Shown one piece after another: positions 40,701 through 54,034 of a stretch of DNA of 64,000 bases (position 1 is its first letter; every line of letters starts with the position of its first letter). The translations under genes and the position numbers were made by a program. Source of the stretch: Macrostomum lignano (lineage: Eukaryota); the NCBI GenBank assembly GCA_002269645.1, contig NIVC01001173.1:1-64000 (forward strand), in the 5' to 3' direction. The notes beneath the pieces are model-generated. The model had not been told where the DNA came from. It was given only the letters and a program-made list of their open reading frames with translations, and did not search any database.

Positions 40701-42344
40701 TTTCAGAACTCAAGCACAGCTTAGTCCTGACAGATTTGAAAAATATACATTTAGCATTTTTCTAGCTCCTTCAGTTTTACTGTCCATCTCTAGACCTGGA
40801 CCATCAAAACTTCGTCTATGGCCCAGAGCTCGCAAATCAAAAGAAAGAATGGCCATAGACATTTCAACTGCATTCTATGTAATAACACAGAGCCCGGAAT
40901 TTTCGACATTGATGTCTGGAAATCTCTTGCATTAATGATAATAATATAAACATTACTTTTTGCGGGGCATCAATGTAGAATTTTGTGAGGGCAATTCTAC
41001 ATTGATGCCCGCAAAAAGTAATATTAATGTTATATTAGCAAAATGAGTCAATCTAGATCAACAATGAAATCGCTTGATTAAGTTATGTTAACTGCATGAT
41101 GACGGCCGGCCCAGACGCCAAGGCATGCATATTTGTTTCAAGTCTGATCCATTTTAAAGATGAATAAATTCTCCACAACTCACTTGAACTTTCAAACTTT
41201 GAACTTTCAAGTGAGTTGGTTTAGGTCTTACCAGTGGAAACTAGATTAAGAAATTCCAATAGCTACCAAACTTCTCAACTTGGAACTCGAAAAATAGTTC
41301 TGAGAAGATTTCAGACTCCAGTCTCGATGTATTAAATTAGCTAGTATTATAGCTAGTATTATAGCTATCTAAAAACCAGCTTTATTACTTATTTTTTATG
41401 GTAAGATGATTTTAACTGGAAATTTTCATAATTTCTACTTATTAGTAAACAGTCACGACTGCTGCGTTGAATATAATAACAAAATGTTGGTCTGAAAAAT
41501 AGGAGATTTTCAATTAAACCGAGCGCAATATTAACGGATTGTGGCGGCGCGCGCGACACAACTCTGTACACCCGGACTGGCAAGCAGGTTTATTAAGATC
41601 AGAATAAAATATGTCAATATACTATATTGAATAAGGAACAATAACAGGCAATATGATTTGTCAAAACTTTAACGCATGCAATAGGAGCCGAGCAATCACA
41701 CTGCTCGCATTAGTATTATTGTTATGTGTACTAATACATTAACTGACATGTACACAGTGAGCCAAAGCTGACATAAACATTCCAAGTCAGCCTATGGAAC
41801 AAAGCAGTTGAAAGCATATAGAATGATTAATAAAACGGACATCCAGATAATAACTGCATATAATCAATCTATAATAACGGTAGTGCTAATCAAGAATACA
41901 TTATATTAGGCCATTGCAGGAAAGCGTGAATTGAATATTATTTGTTCGCTTGTATAAACTAGGAAAGAGAAGTATTGGCCATTACTAGACAGCTTACTGT
42001 TAGTAGAGTGAAGCGAATTTCGCTATTTTAAAATAAGCATTATTCAATTCAACAGATTGGGGAATGCCCTGTGACAGAGAAAATATTCAGGTTAAAGTTG
42101 ATTCTGATGCGGATAGGAGCGCGCCTCACCCAACAGAGCAAGCAGCATTGGGATTGGTCACAGCAGGGTGTTGAATTAGCAATGAGTTCGACACGTTTGC
42201 AAATGGTGGCTTTTCGGGACCGTTAGTGGGTTGCTAAGGCAAAAATCATCGATTGGTTGTTATGGCAATCTGCAGGTTCACAAGTAAACAGCCTGTTGCT
42301 AATGAAAATTGGTTGGTTGCTGAAAATTGGGCTTTCGGGTTAAC

Positions 42345-42750
42345 TGGTTGGTAGCTAGGGTTAATTTGTTGGAAGCTAGGGTTAATTTGTTGGTTGCTGG
42401 GTTAATTGGTTGGTTGCTAGGGTTAATTTGTTGGTTGCTAGGGTTAATTTGTTGGAAGCTAGGGTTAATTTGTTGGTTGCTGGGTTAATTTGTTGGTTGC
42501 TAGGGTTAATTTGTTGGTTGCTGGGTTAATTTGTTGGAAGCTAGGGTTAATTTGTTGGTTGCTGGGTTAATTTGTTGGTTGCTAGGGTTAATTTGTTGGA
42601 AGCTAGGGTTAATTTGTTGGTTGCTGGGTTAATTTGTTGGTTGCTAGGGTTAATTGGTTGGTTGCTAGAGTTAATTTGTTGGTTGCTGGGTTAATTGGCT
42701 GGTTGCTAGGGTTAATTGGTTGGTTGCTGGGGTAATTTGGTTGGTTGCTA
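42345..42750. repeat. 21-bp minisatellite downstream of the TRAPPC11 stop
   Basis: Unit GGTTGCTAGGGTTAATTTGTT. Confidence 0.92.
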
Positions 42751-42877
42751 AGGGAAAACCACTACTTGCAAGGAAACACTAGTTGCTGGGGTAACCTCTG
42801 GTTGCTAGAGAAAATTGCTTGGTTGTTCAGGAAAACTACTTGTTACTTGGGAAAATTAGTTAGTTGCTAAGTGACCG

Positions 42878-45800
42878 CTAGACTTCAACCAGATTTTCGC
42901 TGCCATTGGGCTGCCGCAACTGCTCATTAGTGGCGCCAGTGGATTTGCCGGGCGGTGCGACAAACAGATGCGACGGCAGGTCCTTCAGCAGGGTGTACAC
43001 CGGCACCTCGGTGCCGTCCAGCCTAATGGCGATACGCGGCAGCTCCAACAAGCCGGTGGACATCGGGTAGGCGCAGTACTCCAGCCTGTGCGCCGTCTGC
43101 GGCAAGATGCGGAACGTCACCTGGGAGACGGGGCGGCAGATCGAGGGAGTTGATTTGCAACAGGCCAGCTGGATTCAGTTCTGCCGCTTCACCCCTGCTC
43201 TGCCGCTTCTTCCCCTGCTCTGCCGCTTCACCCCCTGCTCTGTCGCTTCACCCCCTGCTCTGCCGCTTCACCCCCTGCTCTGCCGCTTCACCCCCTGCTC
43301 TGCCGCTTCACCCCCTGCTCTGCCGCTTCACCCCCTGCTCTGCGCTTCACCCCCTGCTCTGCCGCTTCACCCACTGCTCTGCCGCTTCTTCCCCTGCTCT
43401 GCCGCTTTATCCCCTGCTCTGCCGCTTCATCCTCTCCTGCTCTGAAGCTCCTGCACCCTGTCCTGAAGCTCCAGCACCCTGCCCTGAAGGTCCAGCACCC
43501 TGCCCTGAAGCTCCAGCACCCTGCCCTGAAGCTCCAGCACCCTGCCCTGAAGGTCCAGCACCCTGCCCTGAAGGTCCAGCACCCTGCCCTGAAGGTCCAG
43601 CACCCTGCCCTGAAGCTCCAGCACCCTGCCCTGAAGCTCCAGCACCCTGCCCTGAAGCACTTACAGTCTTCATCCCGGAGAACATGAAGCAGTCGCTGCG
43701 GTCAACGCTGAACTGCACCTCCTGTGGGTAGGCGGTCCGATTCTCCAGGCTGTAGGCCAGCGACACGGGCTGATAGACGGTGCCAGACGGCGGCAGGCTG
43801 AGGCTGACGCACAGAGGCAGATTGTACAGATTCACAGCCGGCAGGGGCACAGTGGTGCTCACAATTGGCAGCTGAATTTGTTTGCGCATCTGAGCTGCCT
43901 GACGGCGCCATCTGATAACGTAGGCCCCCAATCGGAAATTCTGAGTTCGCACAGTGTCGGCCGCCAGTATCCAGCATTCGGTCAGGCACTCGGACTCTTT
44001 CACAGTCACTGCGGAGCCAAATGTAATAGCGGGGCGGGCGAAACATTTTTTAACTAATTCAGTACTACTTATCAGTAGCTTGAACGCGCATGTGTATTAC
44101 TTTTTATTTCTAATTAAAAGAAATTATCAATGGCAATTTGAAGCATAAACATGCCAAGCAATCATAAACAAAACACAGTATTTTATACGCGTACAAAATC
44201 TACTGATATTACTACTGCAAAATTAGATTGATTTTGGAATTTAGTGAGTATTCTATAATGCATGTAAACTGACGCGTCGCTAAATTAATAATCTTAATAA
44301 TATTTTTACCAGGGCTATTATCATCAGTGTGCAGAACTGCAAAGCAGAACAAACAGGAAGAAAGACATGATACAAAATTTAATAAATTTAATTCAATATG
44401 TGCACATGCCGAATATACTACTCACAGTTGGGCACATGCACTGCATATACTACTGCATATACTACTCACATCCGGCCAGCTGGGAGCCCTTCGGTTCCGC
44501 CGGATCGCCGCTTTCAGCTTCTGTTTCGCCATCTACCGGGGCCGGGGCGGAGTCGCCGGCCACCCGGACGTGCTGGCTGAGCCGCAGCTGGCTGCCTGCG
44601 ATGTCCAGCGCCCAGGGCGACTGGCTCCGAGTGGTGGTTGACAGGACGAACGGATCGCGCACGGACACAGACGGGGTGGAGACGAACTGCAAAATTAAGG
44701 AGATGGGAGAGGATTTGGAGGAGTGACAGGTAGTAAAACTGTGGAATGACAGTGACAGTAGAGTGACACAAGTGGAGTGACAGAATGACACAAGTGAATT
44801 AACAGTAGTGATAAGAAGAGTGAAACAAGTGAAATGACAGGAGAGTGACACAAGTGGAGTGACAGTAGTGATAAGAAGAGTGAAACAAGTGGAATGACAG
44901 GAGTGACACAAGTGGAGTGACAGTAGAGTAACAGAAGTGAAGTAACAGTAGCTATAATAGAGTGACACAAAGTAAGTAACAGTAGAGTGACACAAGTGAA
45001 GTTCCAGTAGAGTGACACAAGTGGAGTGACACAGTCAGGAAAGTACTCACAGACATGGACTGCACATCGGACACGATTTCGAAGGGCGCTACGCAGCTAA
45101 CGGTGAATGAGTCAGTGAGAGATGCCGAGCAAACGATGGAGCGGCCCAGCACAGGCACCTCAGTGTCATAAATTACCTGTGGAATATTCGGTTACAACCG
45201 AACTCAATGACAGTCAATGGATTCAAAACTAGAAAAAATAATTAATTAACCAACCGATATGCTAATCTCTTTGTCGCCCGGTTGAAAAATTTGACAATAA
45301 AAAGTTCGCGCCGCCGTGGCGCCAATATCGATGGCGCCAAGATCTAGGTCGGACAGCCGGTCCACCGGGGTGTCGCCGGGATTTTTAGCTGACTGCATGG
45401 GGTCGCAGGTCATGTGGAAGCCGCGATCCTGCTGCGCTGAAGACTGCTGCTGCTGCTGCTGCTGTTCTCCTTTGGCCTCGGAAATTTTCCTAGCGGCCCC
45501 CTGGAGCTGCTGCTGCGCCGAGGACACCAGGGCCAGGGATAGGCGGCAGTTGAAAATGCGAGTTGGCTCGTTATTGCGCAATGCCAGCGTTACCGGGTAG
45601 AACTCGTTGACTAGGGCTGGCGACTCGTGGGTTACATTAACGGATACCTGGGCCGCTTTGGGCACCACTCTGCAGGGGTAGATGGGGAGGGGTGACTTGC
45701 TTAGAACTTCCGGTTTTGGGAACTAGCATTTCCAGCTTTGGGAAATAGCACTTCCGGTTTGGGAACTAGCATTTCCAGCTTTGGGAAATAGCACTTCCGG

Positions 45801-48800
45801 TTTGGGAACTAGCATTTCCAGTTTAGGGAAATAGCACTTCCGGTTTGGGAACTAGCATTTCCAGTTTAGGGAAATAGCACTTCCGGTTTGGGAACTAGCA
45901 TTTCCAGTTTAGGGAAATAGCACTTCCGGTTTGGAAACTAGCATTTCCAGTTTAACGAAATAGCACTTCCGGTTTGGGAACTAGCATTTCCAGTTTAACG
46001 AAATAGCACTTCCGGTTTGGGAACTAGCATTTCCAGTTTAGGGAAATAGCACTTCTGGTTTGGGAACTAGCATTTCCAGTTTTAGGAAATAGCACTTCCG
46101 GTTTGGGAACTAGCATTTCCAGTTTTGGGAAATAGCACTTCCGGTTTTGGAGACTGACTAGAACTTCCGGTCTTGGTGACTAGCACCTAAGGTTTCACAA
46201 CTATTAGCATCCACGAAATTAATTTATACCTAGTGAAAGGCCGATGCTTCAACTCGGCCCAGTCACCCGCCGCCACCGTAGCAGAGCCGGCAGAGTCGGA
46301 AGCGGAAGTCGCATCGGCGTGAAATGGATTTTCGGCGGCGGCGGCGGCCACAGCGGCGGCCGTGTCGATTTTCCAACGCAGCCGGAGGGCCAAGCCGGGG
46401 CCGGACATGACAAGCGAGACGGAGGTGACGCCCAGTTCTCGTCCGGTGTCCTGCGGCTCGGCGGCCAGCTGGAAGGCGATGCAGGCCGGTCTGTTGGGCC
46501 GCAGGGTCAGTTGCTGGCTGTCAGACAGATTGCAGAGATCGTTGTAAGCCGGATTGGTGAACTGCACGCTGAGCTGGCTGAACTCGATGTCCTGTACGCA
46601 GTCGCAGCTGTAATAGTAACGAGAATGGCAATTGTTAACATTTTGAGGCTTGAAAACATTTAGCTTCCGGTTTGTACAAATAGCTTCCGGTTTGTACACA
46701 TAGCTTCCGGTTTGTACAAATAGCTTCCGGTTTGTACACATAGCTTCCGGTTTGTACACATAGCTTCCGGTTTGGACACATAGCTTCCAGTTTTTACACA
46801 TAGCTTCCGGTTTGTACACATAGCTTCCGGTTTGTACACATAGCTTCCGGTTTGTACACATAGCCTCCGGTTTGTACACATAGCTTCCGGTTTTTACACA
46901 TAGCTTCCAGTTTTTACACATAGCTTCCGGTTTGTACAATTAGCTTAAAGATTTTAAAGCAGTACAGCTAGCTTCCAATTTGTACATCTAGCTTCCGGTT
47001 TGTAGCTTCCGGTGTGTACACAGAGATTCCGGTTTGTACATCTAGCTTCTAGTTAGTGAATCTATCTACTTTGCTTGTCTAAATCTAGATTAAATAGAAG
47101 ACAATCTTGACTCTGATTAGTGAATCTAACTTCCGGTTACAAGTGAAACTCAAACGTTTCTATAAAGCCAACAAAAACACGTTCTCTCACAGTAAGTAGA
47201 CATGCAGACACATCGGCTGATTGGCCTCGTAGGATTTTGACGTAAATGCGATCCGACATTTGACGAACGACTTCAACTTATCCATATCGACTAGAATCTC
47301 GCGTTGCTCACCGGAAGCAGCCGCCGCCGCGGCCACCCACGCCGGTTGAGCGTCGGCGCAGTCGGCGGCCGGCAGCTGGCCAGGAGGCGGCGGCGCCCCT
47401 GTGGCTACCAGCTGAACCAGGCCGCCTTGGATCCGCTGCCTGTCGAGCTCGGGCAGGCAGGCCCGGGAGTTCATCAGCTCCAGGCAGGCGTGCACATACG
47501 GCTGCGGAGCAGCTATGGCGTAGGCTGCACGGAGGCACAGCTGCAGGATGCAGGTGAGAATTGTCCACCAGCCTTCCCGCCTGTAGTCGTCAAGGACCGC
47601 CACAAGGCAGCTGCGAGTGAATTATAGTCCGGAGTGAGGATTGGTTTTAGCGATCAGTTGGGAGTATAGACTTCAGAATGCTCGAAATCGGAGTAGATTG
47701 TGCGAGAATCTAGACTAGATCGTGTGCGAACTTAAAGCAGATCATTTGTGAATCTAGACTAGATCGTGTGCGAACTTAAGCAGACCATTTGTGAATCTAG
47801 ACTAGATCGTGTGCGAACTTAAAGCAAATCATTTGTGAATCTAGACTAGATCGTGTGTGAATCCAGAGAAAAACGTGTTTGAATTTAGACTAGACCTGTG
47901 TGAATCTAGAGTAGATCATGTGTGAATCTAGACTAGACCTGTGTGAATCTAGAGTAGATCTATGTGAATCTAGAGTAGATCATGTATGAATCTAGAGTTA
48001 TACATAAAAATTTTACCTGAGGCACTCCGAGTACTGCTTAGCATTGTAGTGCTCTTCGCTCATCTGCACATCTGCAATAAAGGATTGCATTGGTCAGGCC
48101 AAATTAATTCCTATATATATTTCAGCTTAACAGCAGGCATAAAGCAATAGCAATGCGCAAGCTTACACAACTGTTGCTTAGTCCTGGGCGATTTGTACTT
48201 TTTAAAGTAGCGAACAGCGTTGCCCAATAGAGAGATTATCTGAGCCTGAAAATTTTGATGTGAAATTGTGAACCTGTCGTTGAATACTGTAAGCGACCAC
48301 TGCTACCTTTAGAGTCCTCCAGGTGTTATGAGCTGATTACCCCATAGAATCCTTCGGGTGGCAGCTGATTACCCCATTGAATCCTTCAGGTGGCAGCTGA
48401 TTGCAGCTGATTACCCCATTGAATCCTTCGGGTGGCAGCTGATTACCCCATTGAATCCTTCAGGTGGCAGCTGATTACCCCATAGAATCCTTCGGGTGGC
48501 AGCTGATTACCCCATAGAATCCTTCAGGTGGCAGCTGATTACCCCATAGAATCCTTCAGGTGGCAGCTGATTACGCCATAGAATCCTTCGGGTGGCAGCT
48601 GATTACCCCATAGAATCCTTCGGGTGGCAGCTGATTACCCCATAGAATCCTTCGGGTGGCAGCTGATTACCCCATAGAATCCTTCGGGTGGCAGCTGATT
48701 ACCCCATAGAATCCTTCGGGTGGCAGCTGATTGCAGCTGATTACCCCATAGAATCCTTCGGGTGGCAGCTGATTACCCCATAGAATCCTTCGGGTGGCAG

Positions 48801-51800
48801 CTGATTACGCCATAGAATCCTTCAGGTGGCAGCTGATTACCCCATAGAATCCTTCGGGTGGCAGCTGATTACCCCATAGAATCATTCGGGTGGCAGCTGA
48901 TTACGCCATAGAATCATTCGGGTGGCAGCTGATTACGCCATAGAATCATTCGGGTGGCAGCTGATTACGCCATAGAATCATTCGGGTGGCAGCTGATTAC
49001 CCCATAGAATCATTCGGGTGGCAGCTGATTACCCCATAGAATCCTGGAAGCCAATTTGCCAAGCCGTACTCACAGACAGGTCCACTTTGAGCTCCTCATT
49101 CTGCAGAGCCTGAATGCCGTCCCTCTCCTTGCCGTAGTCGGGCGGATCAAAGGACTGATTGCCCTGGCGCCACGGCCGCTGCCCGTAGAAGTCCAAGTTG
49201 TTCAAGTCAGCCAGCGGGTTGGGCCGGTCGCTCAGATCCACAAACTGGGGGTTGAGGGCAGTGACTGAACTGGTCTGAGCATCAATTGAGCAGAGGGCAC
49301 TATTCTAAGGTCTATTCTTTCATACGCAGTTCTCACTAATCCGGATACTAAATCTTAATATCTAGATCTCATCTGCTGTTTTCTGCTTTTTGATTTGTCT
49401 TATCTATTTGTATAGATCTCATCTCATCCTGACTCATCTATTTACCTAGATCTCATCCCACCAGGTCTCATCTATTTATCTAGATCTCATCTCACCTTGT
49501 CTCATCTATTTATCTAGATCTCATCTCACCTTGATTCATCTATTTGTCTAGATCTCATCTCACCTTGTCTCATCTATTCGTATTTATCTAGATCTCATCA
49601 CACCAGGTCTCATATATTTATCTAGATCTTATCTTACATTGTTTCATAAATTTATCTAGATCTCATCTCACATTGTCTCATCCATGTATATATATCTCAT
49701 CCCACATTGTCTCATCCATGTATCTACATCTCATCTCACATTGTCTCATCCATGTATATATACCTAGTCTCACAGTGTCTCATCTATTGATCTAGATCTC
49801 ATCCCACAGTGTCTCATCCATGTATCTACATCTCATCTCACAGTGTCTCATCTATTGATCTAGATCTCATCTGACCAAGCTACTAATTGCCAAAACTAAG
49901 CAGGATCTTATTAACCTACTAAGCTCACCCGGCAAAGTTTCTGACTGTGCGTCTTTCTCATGATGGCGTGCCTAGCCGCCTCCTGAAAGTAGATGCCCGG
50001 ATGCTGCATCTGCACAGCGCTCAGGCCCAGTTTCACGGCCTCGTTGAACAGCTCGCCAAACAGTTCGTTTCTAGGCGAATGGTTTGCGAATAATTTAATT
50101 GACAAAGAAACAAACTCGATGATGACTATAGCGTAGAGACAAAACTTATACAAAAGATGGCGGCGACATTTTCACCTTCCAGTGACATTTCGACTGCCAG
50201 TGACATTTTGACTGCCAGTGACATTTCGACTGCCAGTGACATTTTGTCTGCCAGTGACATTTTGACTGCCAGTGACATTTTCACTGCCAGTGACATTTCG
50301 ACTGCCAGTGACATTTCGACTGCCAGTGACATTTTGTCTGCCAGTGACATTTTGTCTGCCAGTGACATTTTGTCTGCCAGTGACATTTTGTCTGCCAGTG
50401 ACATTTTGACTGCCAGTGACATTTTGTCTGCCAGTGACATTTTGACTGCCAGTGACATTTTGTCTGCCAGTGACATTTCGACTGCCAGTGACATTTTGAC
50501 TGCCAGTGACATTTTGTCTGCCAGTGACATTTCGACTGCCAGTGACATTTTGACTGCCAGTGATATTTTGACTGCCAGTGACATTTTGTCTGCCAGTGAT
50601 ATTTTGACTGCCAGTGACATTTTGTCTGCCAGTGATATTTTGACTGCCAGTGACATTTTGTCTGCCAGTGACATTTTGACTGCCAGTGACATTTTCACAT
50701 TTTCACCGTCAATGACATTTTCACAGTCAATCACATTCAACTACAGTTACCAAGGACCGTACAGTTCTGCGATAAAAGTTCACAACTTTGCCGCAAAATG
50801 CATTAGTTCAGTTTTGTGAATATAGGGTGCACCCTGGCGCACTTTAAGCGACATGGTCACACAACCGGCGAGAGGCATTACTGCCCATTCCGCCGACTCC
50901 CCTGAGCAGGCACACACTCACACAGGAGTGTACAGCGGCCCTAACTTTATTTATCCTTAGGCATGTACACTTCACAGTGCAATGGGTGTTGGTCCTCAAG
51001 GGCGTTAATTGCACGAGCAGAGCTAAGCCGAGATTCCAATTCAACCCCAAATTAATGTGACTGCACTTGGAAGGGAGCCTAAGCCCATCACTTTCAGATG
51101 TCTCGTCCTGTTACTACCAGAAGTCCCTGAAGACTATAAGAAATCCTTAAGTTACAGCCATCACTCACTGCTTAGACAGCCATGAGTAGTGCTCAAATGC
51201 CAGCTCCATCATGCCCACCCGATCCTTGAAATAGTCAGTGAACGCTTTAAACTGTTTAATAGCGTCCATAGCGTTCTTCTGGAACAGCAGCTTGCAGATT
51301 TTGTAATTCACAAAGCCGGCAATGACTTTGGTCTCAAGTATGTGCTTCTCGTGCAGCCGCAGATCCAGGATGTGAGTGTAGCACTCTTTGTAGTGCTTGA
51401 GCGCGGCAGCTTGGTCCTGCGAGGCGGATTAAATGTCAAAATGGTTTCCATCCGGCAATCAAACAACTACTGCAATGGAAATCAACAGGTTGCAAATAAA
51501 ATGTTTACCTGTTTGAGCTCATTGTAGAAGGCGACCTTGAACTGGTGCCGAACGAACAGCAGCTGGTGCGATATTTTATTAAGATTGTCGCGGTGACTTT
51601 TCACCTGAAAATTGCATTGGCGATGGTTTTTTCTGTTGTTTTGCTCGGTTCTTTTGGACTGAAGTTGCTTCCAACAATAGGGTCCGATTAAAAGCGGACA
51701 GGAGAATCCGAAAGAGAGCAAAGAATTCTGCTTCAAGTCTAAGCTGGGAATTGAGTTTAACTATGGAGTGTAAATACTGTTCTATATAATATTTCAATTA

Positions 51801-52010
51801 ATAATTAATACACTAGAAAAATTTTTATGTACATGCAAAAATATCGAAGCGGAAAGGCGGATGCAACTTAAAAATTCTAGTAAATAAAACAGATGTTAAA
51901 ACAGGAGGATACAGAAAAGAGACAGACAGACAGGCAAACAGACAGACAGGCAGACAGGCAAACAGACAGACAGACAGACAGGCAAACAGACAGACAGACA
52001 GACAGACAGG

Positions 52011-52052
<42 letters not shown>

Positions 52053-52114
52053 GGCAAACAGACAGACAGACAGGCAGACAGACAGACAGGCAAACAGACA
52101 GACAGACAGGCAGG

Positions 52115-52172
<58 letters not shown>

Positions 52173-52202
52173 GGCAAACAGACAGACAGACAGACAGACA
52201 GG

Positions 52203-52248
<46 letters not shown>

Positions 52249-52310
52249 GGCAAACAGACAGACAGACAGGCAGACAGACAGACAGGCAAACAGACAGACA
52301 GACAGGCAGG

Positions 52311-52364
<54 letters not shown>

Positions 52365-52366
52365 GG

Positions 52367-52408
<42 letters not shown>

Positions 52409-52470
52409 GGCAAACAGACAGACAGACAGGCAGACAGACAGACAGGCAAACAGACAGACAGACAGGCAGG

Positions 52471-52524
<54 letters not shown>

Positions 52525-52526
52525 GG

Positions 52527-52557
<31 letters not shown>

Positions 52558-53924
52558 GCAGGCAAACAGACAGACAGACAGGCAAACAGACAGACAGACA
52601 GAGGACTCCGATTAAAACAAGCGCGAGTTCCATCTGGAACAGGAGACTGCAGCGGAGAAATCAATGCAAACTCAATTCGGAGGCGCACAAGCGAAGCCAC
52701 AGCAGACTCAGCCTGGAAGAGCGGGGAGTATCATATTGTATAACAAACTACAGTGTGCCAGAGTTGGGTTCAACTTCAACTGTGAAATTGAACTTTGAAA
52801 AAATAAAAAACAGAATTTCAAAATTGCCAATTTGGAAGGGGGCAGCAGCTTGGGCGGTGGCTCTCACCCGCCGCGCCTCCTGATGGTAGTAGTTCTGGGA
52901 CAAGTCGAAGAAGGCGCTCTCCAACCGAATAATGTAGCCGTAGAGGTGCTCGGTCTGCACCAGCACGAACAGGTGATTCGGATTCAGGTCGCAAGCCGAG
53001 CACAGGCTGGGCGCGCGCTCTTTTGCGCTTAGATCTTCTTCTAGGGGCAGAGCCGGCTTTCGTTGCAGCAGAACCACGGCCACGCTGGTCAGACGGCCGG
53101 CCAGGCACTCGCGGACAACTCGAACCCGGGAGGCGCATTCGATTTGCTTCTCGCGGAATTGCGGATCGTCCCAGTCTAAGTCGAAGAACACCACGACTAG
53201 GGAGGGCACCAGGACCAGGTGCTTGCGGAGCCAGCCGCACTTCAGAATGCCCTGTATTAATGGGAGAGGACCCATGGACTTCAGAAAGTAAAACCTGGTC
53301 ATATAACCTGTAGAGTTTTTGATAAAATCTGGATAGGATATTAGATTTTGATAAAATCAAACATCTGGATAGGGGAGTGCTGCTCAGACCATGGAGTTCG
53401 ATGCCGAGAATCTGGATAGGGGAGTGCGACTCAGACCATGGAGTTCGATGCCAAGAATCTGGATAGGGGAGTGCGACTCAGACCATGGAGTTCGAACTGG
53501 ACTGAACATGGAGGTTGGCGTCCAGATTCTTGGCATCGAACTCCATGGTCTGAGTCGCACTCCCCTATCCAGGATCCAGAATCTGGATATTTCATTACAT
53601 CCTAATGAAAACGCTATACATATTACTAACAAATAATTTAACGAGTAGAATAAAAAGAAAATGACGGGCTTTCTACCGTCATTAAATTGTCACCTTTGGA
53701 ATATACCACTCGTAGGAGGTTCGCTTAGTTTTGCATTTTGGATACTCGTGATCAACGGCATTGCGGACGAAGCGCAGAGGAAGTCTGTCGGGCTTCCGGT
53801 GCTGGCTGAACGTGTCCAGGATGGCTTTGTGGCTGGGGTTTCGCTCCACGTCCAGGCCCGTCAGAGCGACAAGGCCGACCGGCTTTTCAGTGAGCTGCTC
53901 GGGAAAGTAGGAGGCCCACGACAT
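42878..53924 (-). CDS. TRAPPC11: Trafficking protein particle complex subunit 11 (~1202 aa, 15 coding exons)
   Basis: Exons (GT-AG, phase-consistent, 3609 nt): 53694-53924, 52868-53251, 51509-51604, 51169-51416, 49929-50070, 49074-49304, 48167-48245, 48017-48071, 47191-47610, 46230-46607, 45255-45669, 45051-45176, 44470-44686, 43665-44008, 42878-43120. Diagnostic motifs: [66 protein letters not shown]. The acceptor of exon 6 (49304) is the least certain boundary. Confidence 0.97.
43180..43655. repeat. Two adjacent minisatellites (20 bp and 21 bp), TRAPPC11 intron 14
   Basis: CTCTGCCGCTTCACCCCCTG, then CTGAAGCTCCAGCACCCTGCC. Confidence 0.92.
44720..45032. repeat. Degenerate repeat, TRAPPC11 intron 12
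   Basis: Recurring GAGTGACACAAGTGGAGTGACAG. Confidence 0.8.
45705..46150. repeat. 43-bp minisatellite, TRAPPC11 intron 10
   Basis: CTTCCGGTTTGGGAACTAGCATTTCCAGTTTAGGGAAATAGCA. Confidence 0.93.
46660..47040. repeat. 20-bp minisatellite, TRAPPC11 intron 9
   Basis: TAGCTTCCGGTTTGTACACA. Confidence 0.93.
47700..47995. repeat. ~22-bp degenerate repeat, TRAPPC11 intron 8
   Basis: GAATCTAGACTAGATCGTGTGT. Confidence 0.8.
48330..49045. repeat. 32-bp minisatellite, TRAPPC11 intron 6
   Basis: GCTGATTACCCCATAGAATCCTTCGGGTGGCA. Confidence 0.95.
49420..49872. repeat. ~34-bp degenerate repeat, TRAPPC11 intron 5
   Basis: TCTAGATCTCATCTCAC..TGTCTCATCTATTTA. Confidence 0.85.
50175..50695. repeat. 18-bp minisatellite, TRAPPC11 intron 4
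   Basis: CTGCCAGTGACATTTTG(A/T). Confidence 0.95.
50822..51065 (-). mobile_element. SINE copy lacking the tRNA head, TRAPPC11 intron 4
   Basis: Highly similar to 58184-58455 (GTGCACCCTGGCGCACTTTAAGCGACA...CCCCAAATTAATGTG). Confidence 0.75.
51920..52600. repeat. (CAGA)n microsatellite with GGCAAA interruptions, TRAPPC11 intron 2
   Basis: Read directly. Confidence 0.97.
53364..53571. repeat. 47-bp unit x3 plus one inverted copy, TRAPPC11 intron 1
   Basis: TCTGGATAGGGGAGTGCGACTCAGACCATGGAGTTCGATGCCAAGAA at 53364, 53411, 53458; reverse complement at 53521-53571. Confidence 0.92.
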
Positions 53925-54034
53925 TGCGAGCTGGAGAATCGCAGTTTAGGCACTGAGATGAGAGTATTGAGTTATAAATGCAGACCTGCACAGCTTGAGA
54001 ACTGGGATCTGTAGCTATAAGAAATAGTTTTTTG

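Noticed and set aside
42130-42148. ATG CTG CTT GCT CTG TTG G|gt as Piezo exon 1
   Set aside because: A better 64-nt exon 1 exists at 30333-30396, directly upstream of exon 2.
51825-52700. (LSVC)n / (TDRQ)n ORFs, also at 25235-25517
   Set aside because: Translations of the (CAGA)n microsatellite.
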